DNA of 64,000 nt from Camelus ferus (Eukaryota): NCBI RefSeq assembly GCF_009834535.1, contig NC_045697.1, positions 99,574,001 to 99,638,000 on the forward strand. The letters run 5' to 3'. Of this stretch, positions 13,200 to 26,640 are shown in pieces (position 1 is the stretch's first letter; each line of letters opens with the position of its first letter). The notes beneath the pieces are model-generated. The model made no database searches. It was not told the origin of the DNA and saw only the letters and a program-made list of their open reading frames with translations. Made by a program: the position numbers and the translations under genes.

Positions 13200-13752
13200 T
13201 AGTTATTGCTTATCAGATTCTCCAACACAAAACTCACTCAGTCCAATTTAATATTGATGCTTCATTAAACTGGAGGACTTTCAACCTGACCTTCAGTAAG
13301 ATCAGCTTGATTCTGCTTTATGACAAATGTTACTGAACACCATTCACATGCAATAACATTAAATAATTCAGTTAGAGTCAAAGCAGATGACTTATCATAG
13401 ACTTTGTTTTATTTTTCGTATTCTTGCTGCACAACCAAAAATTAGTGATTTGACTCAGACTCTTGCACAAGTGGTCAGACCTGAGAAGAAACTGTGATAC
13501 ACACAGATTTGCTTTCTTTCTTGTTTTATGGACAAAGGAATAAGATTAAATGCCTCTCAAACAGTTGCAAAATTTGAATTGAAGCCAGATGTCTGCAAAC
13601 ATTTTCCAGCCTGAGTCACTTCTTGCTCAAATGACCTAAAGTCGAGGATTGCCGCATTGGCCAGAAAGTGCTTTTCCCATGTCAGGGACCAGCTCATTGT
13701 TTTTGCCTCTCTGTGAATCCCTCCTAATGCGGTGAGTATTTTCAAGCTGCGT
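13200..13752 (-). pseudogene. Pseudo-exon (RGS domain remnant)
   Basis: SLTWEKHFLANAAILDFRSFEQEVTQAGKCL, then after a frameshift DIWLQFK...HKTRKKANLCVSQFLLRSD. 3' end uncertain. Confidence 0.62.
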
Positions 13753-15699
13753 CTACATCACACACAGAACAGAGGTGATTTGTGGGTGCACACTACCCAG
13801 TGTTACATGTTTATTTGGATTATTTCATTTAAGCTGTCTAGAAGGTTTGGATGGGTAATAGTTATTTTTCACTTGTTCATTTGTTTATTCATTCATTAAA
13901 CATTTATTAAGCAACTACTTTTTATTTTTCAGAATACTGCTCAGCAAGGAGGAAACTGAGCCATATGAAGACCTGGTCTCTGCCCTCATTTTCAAAAAGT
14001 GGTGAGGGCAGGGTGAGAATGGACTCTGGAGATCAAGAAGATTTCAGACAAGGTTTTAGAAAAGATCAGTGAGCAGATGTTCTGTGAGCACTCAGATAAG
14101 AGAGCAGTGATTACTGGGAGTCCGTGTGTGTCCACTAGGGATGCACTGCGTCTAACGTAATCTTCTCTTTGGGTAAGGTTATTAGACTAGTGGATCCAGG
14201 AAATAATATAAGCCAGGTGGCTTAAGTAGCATTTCACTTTCTCCTTATGGACTTACAGGAAGGTGAATATTAAAACAGTGGATGGATTTAATTCATTCTG
14301 TTATTTATTCATTCATTTGACAGATATTTAAGGTGCCAAATAAACAATGTGTAAGGTACTCTGTTAGGTAATGGGGATGTATAGATGATCCCTGCTTTTA
14401 TGGAACTTACCAGGGATGAGACAATTACCATGCAAAATACACACACTGAGCTGGGTAATCCATGAGGGAATTGCCAATGATATTGATAATGGATTAGTGT
14501 AAGCCCAAAAGGAACCTTCTAGTGGTTTGGGTGGCAGACTTGGCTCTGGACTTCCCCAAAGTTTTATTGGTAAGTTGCGTGATAATATAGAAAATATTAT
14601 AATATTTGAGAGGAGAATAAATGTATGTTCATATGTTAAAGAGCATGCAGAATCATTCTCAAATAGATTAAAAGTGCTAAATAATTCAAAATTGTATGAA
14701 AGTCTGGTAGAAAATAGAATAAAATGTTCATAGATCTGTAGAGGAATGATAATATTCTCAGCTATAAAGAAACATAAACAATCTAAACAGAAAAGACTGA
14801 CAAATGACAGGTTTGAATAAGCAGACTTTTAAAATAGCCATACAATGCAGAATAACATCACTAATATTAAAAAGAAAAAAATCAGGCTGTCAAAAAGATT
14901 TGCATCAAGTATGACAGAATAATATCTATAATACCTAAAAAATGGGATTTAAATTTACCAGGAAAAAAACATGATGAATAGAAACAATAATTCACCAAAG
15001 AGGAAATACACAACATATTTAAAAGACACATTCACAGGAAGAAAGTCCACACTTTGCAGAGCAGTGGAGTCTCAGAGAGTCTCTGGGTACCGCCATGAAC
15101 TGAAGCTCTGTCTTAATGATGGATGGAGGGCTCTCAGCAGAGAATCCCTGCCAATAGAAGAGATGATCACCTCCCTGACATCCTTCATGCTCCCATAGTA
15201 TCCTTTGTGTATTTCTCTCACTGTGCTTGTTACTTTCTGTTCTAATTACTACATGCTTACGTGCTAGATCTCTCCCTCTTGAGTAAAGGACCATAGCGTG
15301 TGTCTTTGCAGTCCTAGCACCACGATAGGGGCCAATACTTGCTAGTTATGAAATAAGTAGCCTGCACATTCTTGATCGAGGAACAGTGGGTCATGGAAGG
15401 ACATGGGGTAAATGAACATAGCAAATTAAAGAGTGGGTACTAATATGACGAGGGCTTCACACCTCCATACTATGAATCTAAGAGTAGCCATTGGATCTCC
15501 GGTATTCAGGAAAACACTGCCTCTCCCTGGACATATCGTCATCATTAGGAAGGGTTAAGAGGTGGCATAAGAACTTTGCACACTTCTGGCAAGACCCTCA
15601 TCCTTCCCTTCATCCCCTCCAAACACTGGCAGCCTCAGTATTCACCTTGAGACCATCTGGACCAACCCCATCATGGCTTTTATTCCTGTCTGCTTCAGT

Positions 15700-16195
15700 C
15701 ATGATAGGGAGCTCAGGACATCCTCCATCCCCAGGAGTCTTATTCCCATGGGCGGTATGCTACCACTGTGTCCTCCAGCTCCTGCCTCCATGAAGAGTCT
15801 CTTTTCCTTTATGGCCTCTGATTGTATTCAGCCAATGGAGGCTGTGGCAGGATACCAGGGGCAGGAGGAGAGTGAGCTTAGGGTATGTACTCCCCTGATG
15901 TCTTCCTTGATGGGTTGCTATGGATTTCCTTCAACCCTCTTCCCAATGTCATAGATTCTGCCAGGCAGCCCTCTCTATCAAGCTCCTCTATCTAAGTTTC
16001 TGTAACCACTCTCTCTTCTAGTCCTTTTAGGTGGCAGTAACTCCTGTTTGTTGCTAGTGCCTGGGCACTACATCATCTTTTGTTGGCTTCCTTAACTCCA
16101 GCCCATATTTGCAAATAATCCCTTTATTAAACCCTTCTCAGCCTCCCAGTTTGAGTGTGCCATCTGTTTCCTGCTGGGATTTTGACTGATACACT
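15700..16195 (+). mobile_element. LTR33-like ERVL solo LTR
   Basis: 3' end ccctttattaaaccc..gtttgagtgtgccatctgtttcctgctggga..tgactgataca. Confidence 0.7.
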
Positions 16196-17269
16196 GCTGA
16201 ATAATTAGTTGTTGGATGTATGAATGGTTTTGAATCTCTGTAAGAAAACTGAGATCACCAGGAAGCACTCTTTGCAGCAAAGGTAGTGGCTGTGGGAATT
16301 TTCTCCATTCGGGTAACCTGACACCGGGAGCACAGAAGGGAGGAGTGGCTATTTACCCAACAAGGCAGAGGACAGAGGAAGAGTGAGCAGTCATGGAGGG
16401 GGAAGAGGGCACAAAGACCCAGGCCCTGGGGATAGAGGTAGACTGGAAGCAGCCATCAACGGGGGAAGCCACAGCAAAGGAGATGCCACCGGTGAGACAC
16501 TCTAGGAGTCCCAGAGAAGAGGCAGAGTGGAATGTCAGGCTGTGATTTCACAGTCCTAGAAGTGGAGGTGGGACCAGAGAAATTATGCCTCCCTCTCACT
16601 TCCTACTGCCCTACCCATGGCTTCCTTGGAGCCTCAATGCACAAAGACGGCAGTAGTTATCAAAGACACGAAAATGAGAACAACCTGAGTCAGATTAGTG
16701 CTGCAAAGCCAGCAGTTACATAACTGGTGAAATTAATACACTCATGGACTTCGGTAACATTATAAATCAATGCAACTCTTTCAGAAAGCTCTATGGAGAT
16801 ATGTATTGCATTTTAAATAAACTGTGTGTATCTTGCAGCTCTGTAATCCCATTCCTAAATGTGCATTCTAAAGAAAATTTGTAAAGACAAATTTGCAATA
16901 CAGCACTATCCCTAGTGTTGAACAATGTGTAATATGCAACATTCAGTAAAAAGAATAAAACATAAAAGTTTACGTACAATGGGAAGAGATACAAAACTAA
17001 GTGTGCATATGGGCAAAATTTGAAGAAAATAGGCAGCAATGAAAACAGTCTTAAAAGAATGAAGTTTTAAATTATTTTTTCCTAAAATTCTTCAGTGTTG
17101 CTATAACATTTTTACAATCTAACGTTAAAAAAAAAATGCTTTCTAAATTTGAAGTGAACACCACCAGGAGGGGTCATATCACTTCCTTTCCGGTAATGCT
17201 TCAACATGCCGACGATTTCCTTGTGCAACAGAAGTACCCTGCAAATCCCCTTCCATGCTCTTTAAAGTT

Positions 17270-18270
17270 GTAGATATCATACTTCTGACATCTTCTGGAT
17301 CTCATCTGTTGAGTCTCTTTCCCTTGTCCCCTGTGTTCCAGCCACCCAGGGACTTCACATCCCTTGAAAACACCAGGCTTATTCCTGTTTTGGTCTCTGC
17401 TCCTACTGTTTTCTTGGTCTAGAATGCATTTCCTTCAGTTCTTCATAGGGCTGCCTTTTCCCATTCTTCAGATGTCACCTTTTTAGAGAGGCCATGGAGA
17501 CATTGTCTATTATCTACCCAGCAACTGAATATCTCATGCTCCTACCATGAAACTTCAAAGGGTCAGGTCCTTCTCTTAACCTACCTGTGGAAGCTAAGAC
17601 CCGGGCACTGTGATTCAAATGCAGCCAGTCATTTCCTGTTCCTGGGTTTCAAATCTGAAGAGAGTGATGATGCACAGAGGTAGGTGCAGTTTTCATGGTG
17701 GCTCTGGTACCACGGAGAGTCCCGCAGGGTTCTAGTAGTATGGAAGGTTGGTGGAGTTCATTGCAGTGATGGTTGTCCAATGGTGGTGCTCTTAGCAGTG
17801 GCCATGGCTGGTTGGTGCTGAGATGATGTGCAGATGACTCTGTGATTTTTTTTCTTCGTTGTTTTTTGCCTCCCTTGGGTCCCACTGAAGCTGGGTTCTG
17901 CAGTCTACGTATCAGTGGTATTAGTTACCTGAAACTCTCCCCCAAAATGTTTTTCTGCTTAAGTTAAGCAGAGTTTTCTATTGTTTGCAACCAAGAACCC
18001 ATTCAAAGAACTTCCCTGAAAGCCAAAGCTAAAGCAGCCAATTTCCTACACTGGTTGTTCTCTGTCACAGTACTCAGTTCTTCACAGCATGTAGCACTAT
18101 CTGAAATAATTATTTTGTGTATCGGTTTCTGTTTGTTGTGTATTTCCCCCACTCCCAAAATGTCAACTCCATGAGAACAAGAACTGTGTTTGTATCCCCT
18201 GTATCAACTGTAGTAATGCCAGGCACGTACTTGGCACTGATAAATATTCATTTAATAAATGAGATAGACA
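17270..18270 (+). mobile_element. L2 3' end split by an LTR-like insert (about 17530-18000)
   Basis: L2 tail atgccaggcacgtacttggcactgataaatattcatttaataaatga. Confidence 0.6.
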
Positions 18271-18529
18271 GCAGAATGGATGGTAGAAGCAGGATTCCAG
18301 GACACCTAAGGACCAAAATTAATATGAAGAAATCTGATAGAATAAATACTGAGAGCTGACTTTAAGTTAATGAATCAATCACACAAATACAAGATCAGGG
18401 AGACCTTACTTTTTAGGAACCTGAATATTAAAGAATGAGAAACGTATAGGTTGTGATAGACTGCAAGCTCAGCAGAACTTGACTTCTAGAAAGGGTCAGG
18501 CAATCTTGGGCTATACAAATGAGAATATG

Positions 18530-21280
18530 TAAGAGATTTCTGCTTCTAGATAAGGTGAATTAACAAGGACCAGATTTACCTTCTCACCTTAAATAACTAA
18601 AAACATGAGGCAAAATATGTGAAACAATGTGTTTTCAGACATTGGACAACAAGCAGCAAAGGAAACTGATCATTGAGAGAGGAGAAACAGATAGATGATC
18701 TTTACAACTGCCCAGTGGAATCTCTGGATAAAGTTTTCAGCCCACAGTACAGGGAGGAGGAACCAGAGCCAGGCAATCTCCCTAAGTTGAGGAAATGCAG
18801 TTGGGATTTCAAGGAGGTCAAGATAGCTGAAGTTGAATGGTCAGGGTATCAGAGAGAAGAGAGCTGCACAAGGAGGGAATCCCAGAGATTGGCAGAGTGT
18901 GCCCCTGAGTCATCAGTTCAATACTGAGTGGCGCACTTGTGTGAGAAAATAACCTGGGACAAGGAAAAGAACTACTCCAAGAGAGAGGTGGCGACAATGT
19001 TTGGAAATCACACAGGTCTGGGATAATTTGTATTCCCAGCAGCTAGAGTGGAAAACTCTCATAGCACATGGAACATCAGATATAATACTCACAGGGGAAT
19101 CCTTCAAAGGGGGGCAAAATTAATCCTAGACTAAAGAAACTGAATGGGGAGTTTAAAGCCTTTTCACAAAGAATGCTCCAGGCCTACGTAGCTTCACTGG
19201 TGAGTATACTAAATATTTAAAGAGGAATTAATACCAATATGAAACAACATTTCCCAGAAAATCGAAGCATTCTTCACATATTTTATGACTCTAATATTAC
19301 CCTGACATCAAAGAAGATAAATATACCACAAGAATGGAAAACTTTAGACCAATACCCCTCATAAAAATACTTTAAAATTCTCAACAAAATTTTAGCAAAT
19401 GGAATCCAATGACATATAGAAAGGATAACACATCATGATCAAGTGGAATTTGTCCTAGGAATGCAAAGTTGCTTTAACATATCAAAATAGATGTAATTCG
19501 CCATGTTGAGAGACAAAGAGAAAGACGATGTGATCAACTCAAAAGATGCAGAAAAAGCATTTGACAAAATTCATTTCCCCCCAAAAAAAAAATTCTCAGC
19601 AAACTAGGAACAGAAAGTTTCTTAACCTGGTAAGAGGCAGTTATTTACAAAGAACCTATGGGTGACATCATACTTAACTGTAAAAAATTGATTGCATCCC
19701 CCCTAAGATCAGGCATAAGACAAGAATGTCTGTTCTCAGTCTTTCTAGTCAGTATTGCAGTGGAGGTACTAGCCAGCGAAATAAGAAGATTGGACAGGAA
19801 GAAATGAAACTGTCTTTATTTGTCTACATGATCAACTATGTGGAAAATCTTTAGAATTTTTAAAAAACCTACTAGGACTAATGACTAAGCTTAGCAAAGT
19901 TAATTACAACATTAATTTCAAAATTAATTGTATTTTCATATTTATCAGCAGTGAACACTTAGAAGTGGAAAATTTTTAAATGATACCATTTACAAGAGCA
20001 TGAAGATATGATATAGTTTGCAATAAATTTGTCAATATATGTGTAAGGCCTATAGTCTTAAAACTATAAAATATTGCTGAGAGAAATTGAAGACTTAAAG
20101 GGAGAGATATACCATGTGTTTGAATTGAAAGATTCAATGTTGTTAAGACATAAATTATCCCCCAAATAATCTATAAACTGAATATAATCTAAATTAAATC
20201 CCAGAAAGCTTTAAAAAAAATAGAAATTGGTAAGTTGGTTCTGAAATGTATATGGAAATGCAAAGGACCTAGAATAACCAAAACAACTTTAAAAAATAAC
20301 AAATTTCTAGGACTTAGGCAACATAAGTTTAAGTCTTATAAGCTACAGTAATCAAAGTAGTGTGGTATTGGCATAAAAATAAACATACAGGTCAAGAGGA
20401 CAGGAATAGAGTCCAGAATAAACCTACAATGGGCATTTGATTTTTTACAAATGTTTGAGGCAAGTCAGTAGGAGAAGGCAATCTTTTCAATAAATGATGA
20501 TGGAACAACTGGATAACTACGCAAGAGAGAGAGACAGAGAGAGTGAGAGAAGGAAGGGAGGGAGGGAGGAAGGAAGGAAGAAAGAGAAAGAAAGAAATAA
20601 AGAGAAAGGAAGGAAGGAAGAAACTGGACTATTATCTCACACCATATCTAAAAATTAAATTAAAATGAGCTAAAACTTTAAGAGCTAAGACTGTAAAACT
20701 TACAGACAAAATATCTGGGAAAAAATCTTGTGACCTTGGATCCAGCAAATCTTTATTAAATAGGACACAAAGTACACAAACTATAAAAGATAAAACAAAT
20801 ACATTGGTCTTTATTGAAATTTAAAACTTAATCTTTAAATGTCACTATTATCAAAATTAAAAAGCAAGCCACAGACTGGGAGAAAATATTTGGAGAGCAT
20901 ATATCCAATAAAGGACTTGTATTTAGAATATATAAAGGACTCTTATAACTCAGTAAAAAAGAAGAAAAGCGACCTAATACAAAAAGGTAAAAAAGCTGGA
21001 TATTTCTCAAAAAAGATATACAGGTGGCAAATACACTCCATAAAATTAGTCATTAGGGAAGTGCAAATTAAAACCCTAATGACATACTCAACACATACAT
21101 TAGAATGGCTTTAAAAAAAAAAAAAAGACCATATGAAATGTTGGAGATGATACAGTACAACTATAAAAGGAGGAAATCCTGCCACTTGTGACAACACAGA
21201 CCTTGAGAGCATTATGCTAAGTGAAATAAGTCAGACAGAGGAGGTCCAATACTGTATGATCTCACTTATATGTAGTGGAA
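18530..21280 (+). mobile_element. Old L1 (L1M4/L1MC-like): 5' region and ORF2, decayed
   Basis: RT motifs (accaatacccctcata; gatgcagaaaaagcatttgacaaaattca). Internal GA-rich tract at about 20520-20620. Confidence 0.9.
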
Positions 21281-21574
21281 TCAAAGAAAGAAAGGAAGAA
21301 AAGAAAAGAAAGAGAGAGAAAGGAGACATTTCAAAGCAAGGTATTTGGCAGTGTCATGGAAATCCTCACACAGAATCCTCACCCAATTCCCTCACAAGAT
21401 GCATGAGCGCTTTAGAGTAGAGAACAGGAAGGCTGGGCTCACAAGCAGATGATTGAAAACCAGCTAGACTCACTTAGGAATGATTCCTGCACAAGTGTCA
21501 ATGAAATATTTGTGGAATGAATGTATGGATGGGTAAATGAATGTTATTTCTCCATTCCTCCATCCATCCTCTAC

Positions 21575-21960
21575 GTGAGCCTATATGATTCAAATTTGTG
21601 CCTTAAGAAAAAATTCCGTCACGAAACTTCACACATATTCTAGAAGCTGCAGATCTTAAATCTTCACAACTACTGTATTAAAATTCTGAGCACCACAATT
21701 TAAGAGGTTGATGTCTACAGAAGGAAAGAAATGGATGAAGAGTCTGGAAAATCATGTTACTTAAGAAAATGGTGATGTTTAGCCAGGAGAAGTTTTAAAA
21801 GAGACCCCCAAATTTTTTTCAGCACACAGGAGGAAGATAAATTAAACACTTCAGAGGTCAGAACTAGGACCAAGGAGTTGATAGTTGGGAGATGAATTTT
21901 AATCCAGAAGTCAACCATGAGCCAGACTGGGGGTCCCTCCTCTACTCGTTTCCCACACAT
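21575..21960 (-). pseudogene. Pseudo-exon (RGS domain remnant)
   Basis: WLMVDFWIKIH...KHHHFLK*HDFPDSSSISF...VTEFFLKAQI*II*AH. Confidence 0.58.
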
Positions 21961-22049
21961 CTATAATACTCTGCACATGTGCTGCTGTGACACTGTCACA
22001 TTCCATTGTATTAGTTTTTGAAAATGATTTTCCTGGAGAAATTGTGTAC

Positions 22050-22473
22050 TTTTTGGTTTTAGAAAGCAAGACAAAAATAGTATAAAGATGTCAATTATCC
22101 CTAAATTCACCTATAGTCTCAATACAATCCCGCTCAAAATGTAAATAGGTTTTGTTCTTCCATCCTGTTGTTGTTCTGAACTTTAAAAGAAGAAATGTGT
22201 CTGAAATCGATTTGGAAGAAAAGATGTGAAAATTGTCCAGAAAGTTCTAAAAATAAAGGGGAGGAATAATGCTAACACATTAAAATGTATCTATAGTAAC
22301 TGAAACACTTTGATTCTGGTGTCCAAATAGGCAGATCAATGGAAAATAGGGGAGTTTAGACGAATCAATTTGAAAGAATAAAAGGCATCCGTTAGTAGTG
22401 AGGAGGAAGCATGTTTGAGATACCCAGTTACACACAGCATTTGTATTTTGGGGGAAAATACGCAAAGTAAAAA

Positions 22474-22504
<31 letters not shown>

Positions 22505-22700
22505 TGTGTGAAGAATATGGTGGGCTTTATTCAAGAAAACTGTTCAGGAGTGATTTACTTCCAGTGGGAAACAGGATGGCCAGAGCTGGCATTAGGAAGT
22601 GAGAATGGGCACTGTTCTTTTCACTTTATTTTCTTCTGTATTTTTTGAAATATCTGTATACAATGCATGTATAGTTTTTAATAATCACAGAAGAAAAAAA
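22050..22700 (+). mobile_element. Old L1 fragments with (TG)n at about 22476-22507
   Basis: aagatgtcaattatccctaaattcacctatagtctcaatacaatcc. Confidence 0.6.
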
Positions 22701-23038
22701 AAAGGAAAAGGAAGAAAGGGAAAGAAAAAAGGGCACAGAAATCACAGAGAATGGAAGAAATCAGGATGGGCTTTGAAGCCACAATGACAAGTAACTTAGT
22801 CTCAGGGTTTTTTTTCCCTATAAAATAGATATCTTAATGTTTCCTTCACAGAGCACTTTTAAGCATTTAATAAAATAACTTATGTAAAGGGCTCAGCCCA
22901 TCACAAATAAGCATTATACAACATCTATAATAATAATTATTTGCTATTATTGATTACTATTACTTATAGTCCAAGAAATTTTCCAAGAAATACGCAATCA
23001 AAAAGTTATAGGAACACCCCAAATTCATTTACAATAAC

Positions 23039-23457
23039 CTGGAGGTTAAGCTCAGGGAAGAAGGTGTGATGAGATTATAACTAGGAAAGCTTTAATCTAA
23101 TCAGTTGTGTTGTGCTCTGTCTGAAGAAAGTGTTAATGGGAGCGTGAGTATGATCTCTATGGAAACTACAAAAGGATCTATTAGGGGAAATCAGAGAGAG
23201 TTTCAACTGTTAGGAGATGGTTGCTGATAAAACAACCCTGGAATTAAATCTTAACTCCCTGGATAGATTTTTCTATAGAACAAGAGTACTGTTCTGACTA
23301 ACCAACACCTTAGCCTTTCTATGTATTATTTGGGGGTTGACATCAGCCTCTTGAGTTCAGTTTGTGTGAGAATCCTTGAGCGACTGATCTCATCCAGGCA
23401 GACAGAAAACAAGTTTTGGATCTAAAAGCTGAGGTCCAAACTCTAGAACCTTATAAT
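23039..23457 (-). pseudogene. Pseudo-exon
   Basis: FLSAWMRSV; QIIHRKAKVLVSQ...LRFNSRVVLSATIS*QLKLSL. Donor cag|GTtatt. Confidence 0.52.
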
Positions 23458-23989
23458 CTACAAACCAGCTTTTGTGATAAGGGCCTGATAGGCATGAAAT
23501 GAAAGCAGTTTTCTGTTTTGGAGAATTAAAACTTCAACATGAATGAACAAGTGGATGGATGAATGGATAAATTAGTACTGAAAGGAGCTGCCATACGGAA
23601 TTGTAAATCCTGCGTCACTAAGTTATTTGTACACATGAGATTGCTTCTCCCTTGTTTCTAGTTGACCATTCTATCCAATCAACAACCCCCACAGGAGCTG
23701 ATCTCCATTGACCTCTCCATCTTCTTCTTGCCAATTTCCCTCACCCACTACACTCCAGCCTTCCTGACCTTCCCCATGCCAGAACACAACCCCCCAGCTC
23801 TCTGTGTGGTCCTTCCCTTCCTCTCACTTTACATCCCAACTCAGCAGTCACTTCCTTAGAGCCTGGGATCAGTCTCCCCACTGCCTCCTCCAACTGCCCT
23901 GTGAAGTAATCACCTCCCCATCACCACCACATTCTCTTCCATCACAGCATCCAGCATCCTATATATTTTATGGAAGATCTTAATTCTTG

Positions 23990-24465
23990 TCTGCTGAGGG
24001 GCAGATGCCTAGATGGGATTGAACATGCAAGAGATTTACTGGAGGAATACCTGTGATGGGTAAAGGGAGAGGGAGCAGGAGGAATTGAGGAGAGCCATCA
24101 GTTGCAGGTCTGACATCCCTGAAAGGGAGAGGGAAGGAAGGAAGGAAGGAAGGAAGGAAGGAAGGAAGGAAGGAAGGAAGGAAGGAAGGAGAGGTGAGTA
24201 GGAAGAGTCAAGAACTTAGCACAGTTCAGAGAAAGTTTCAGCCAGGTCTATGGGGAGTCTTCCAACCAAAGTCACCTGTTAGAGGCATCCTGCATCTTGA
24301 AGGAATGGGCTGTCATTAGCATCCCCACCATGCTTAGTCATGGGTTGGGAGCCCACAGGTTCGGCCTTGGTGCAAGCCCAATGTTGGGTCCAGAAGGGCA
24401 GCAGCTGGGACCATCAGTCACTTACACTCCTTGTTATCTGAGACGTACATTTTCATGGTTGTCAG
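23990..24465 (-). mobile_element. ERVL LTR (LTR16-like) containing (GGAA)n at about 24132-24188
   Basis: LTR16-type motifs; adjacent to ERVL internal sequence. Confidence 0.55.
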
Positions 24466-24466
24466 A

Positions 24467-24847
24467 TGCTATGAACTGAATGTTTGCATCCCTCCCAAAC
24501 TCACATGTAAAGACCTAACCCAACGCGATGGTGTTTGGAGGGGGGACCTTTGGGAGGTATTAGGTTTAGATGATGTCTTGAGAGTAGAGCCCCATGATGG
24601 GATTAATGCTCTTATAAGAAGAAGAGACCAGAACGTGCTCTCTCTCGCTCCCTCTCCCTCCCCCCATTATGTGAGGATAAAGCAGGAAGTCTGCCCTCCC
24701 TAAACCAAGAAGCCCACTGAATCTCCTGGTACCTTGATCTTGGACTTCTCAGCCTCTAGAACTGTGAGAAATAAATCAATAAATGTTTGTTGTTTAAGCC
24801 ACCCGGTCCATGATATTTTGTTATAGCAGCCTGAGCTGACTAAGGCA
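24467..24847 (+). mobile_element. MaLR solo LTR (MLT1A-like)
   Basis: tgctatgaactgaatgtttg...gggattaatgctcttataaga...ttttgttatagcagcctgagctgactaaggca; TG...CA ends. Confidence 0.88.
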
Positions 24848-24849
24848 CC

Positions 24850-26640
24850 AGGATCTATTCCCTGTGCCATACAGATTTCTTTCCCACTGCACGTTCAGGT
24901 AGCAGATCTTCCATGGTTCCTGTGGGTCTCTCTTCCCAAGAGGAAACTTAGAAAAGGAAGTTAGTGGTACCAACTGCAATTGGTCAATCTGTGTAATTGA
25001 TCTCAGGGCTACAACTGATACTCATCCTCTCCCTTTTCCACCATCCATTCTAAATTTCCCTCATCCTCAGCCTTCACTTCAGCAAGCCTTGGTGGCTTAC
25101 TTGTTTATGTGACCAGATGTTCATTCCTAAAGCTCTAAGCTCTTGGCACCACCCCTGTCTCAGTTCCAAAGGGGCAAAGGAGTTCTAGGAAGCACCAAAG
25201 GCGTGCCTAAGCTCCACTCATGTTCCTCCTTGACCTGTGATTAAAAGCAGCTCTCCCTCCTCCTGAGGATCAGGGTCTATCACTCCTGCCACTATGGTGA
25301 GTCTTCCTTTTGCCTGCTTGTCCCTGGACATTAAGGGTCCAAATTGCCCTGGCCATTGTCACATCTTAAAGTTCAATGGACTCCTGATACATCCCTTGGC
25401 AAGGGGACTAGAACATCTGAAGATCTCAGAGCTGGAGTGGGTCATTGGGAGTGATGTTAATCACACCTGCTTCCAGTGCTTTGTTTCTGGACCCATATAT
25501 TCTTCTCCTTGGAGACCCAGCACTGTAGAGAGGTATTTCTCTAATCCAGTGCATATACCGCATCCTGAAGGGTGGCACCTTATCTTTTCAGTGTTGCCTC
25601 TGAGCTGCCACTTCCACTGTGACAGTAGAAGGTCGCTCCGGTGTTCTATGACACTGGATGGTTCAGGACGTGATAGGACCATTTGATCCTGTGGTCATGG
25701 GCCCACTCTTATACTTCTTTTGCTGTGAAATGGGTTCCCTGGTCATGCTGTGTAGAATATAATGTCTGAGGATTAGGCATCCTGTAAGCTCTCTGTTAGT
25801 GCCAGATGAGGCTCTATGTGAAGGAAAGGTAAACTCATCTGCAGAACAGGAAGTTACCCTAGGATTATAGAGAGCCGGCTCTTCTGGGATAGGAGGGTCC
25901 CAGTGTAGCTGACATGCCACCAAGTGGCCTGCTGTTCTCCTTGAGGCATAGTTCCATGTTGGGGCTCAGCATTGGTCTCTGTTGCTGACAGGTTGGACAT
26001 TTATAGGCAACAATAGCTAGCTCGGCCTTGATAAATAGTGTATCCTCTGGGCCCTCGAACCCAACATAATCTTCTGATGTTTTTTCTGAACTCATGTAGC
26101 ATATCCATCCATTCCAGCATGCCCACTGCCCACAGCCTTTTTATTCCTTCCTCTGCCATCTGCCAGGGTAACTCAGGCATTTGCACTTTTCTCAGCATCA
26201 TCCAGCAATTTCTCCAGGCTTCTAAGAACCACCCTGCTCCCCAGGGCCCTTGCTAGGGTGTTAAGCCAGTGTCCTAAGAAAATGCCTCCAAGGCAATAAA
26301 TTCGTGTTTATCTTGCCTTACATTTGACCCTATTGATCAAGCACTCTCAAAATTCAATTCCAGGGGTATCCCCTGGCTTCTGCTGGTACATGCTGCCTAA
26401 TTTCTTGCAACACCTTCAGTATATAAACTCTTTCTTCCCTTGGCAGACACAGCACATCCCTAGCCAGGTCTGCTGGGATGTAACCCTAGTTATGAGCTTG
26501 GCAACCAGAGGGGAGGTGGGGCATCTCCTGAGAGGGGCCCTTGTGGCCCCTGAGAACGAAGCACTGAAGGGAAAATGCTAGCTCTTACTAGATAATGCCT
26601 TCTGCCTTGTGGCACTCTTCAGGTACTGATGATACAATGG
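24850..26640 (-). mobile_element. ERVL (class III) internal remnant: gag and integrase fragments
   Basis: Gag-like MPELPWQMAEEGIKRLWAVGMLEWM. Integrase zinc finger CPTCQQQRP. Integrase core DQGTHFTAKEV*EWAHDHRIKWSYHV. Confidence 0.85.

Noticed and set aside
20828..21420. ORFs of 60-91 aa here, and similar ones at 30073-30608 and 58648-59109
   Set aside because: L1 ORF2/3' UTR remnants or their antisense.
25294..26581. Cluster of ORFs as a possible domesticated retroviral gene
   Set aside because: Gag and integrase motifs are broken by stops and frameshifts, and most of pol is missing.
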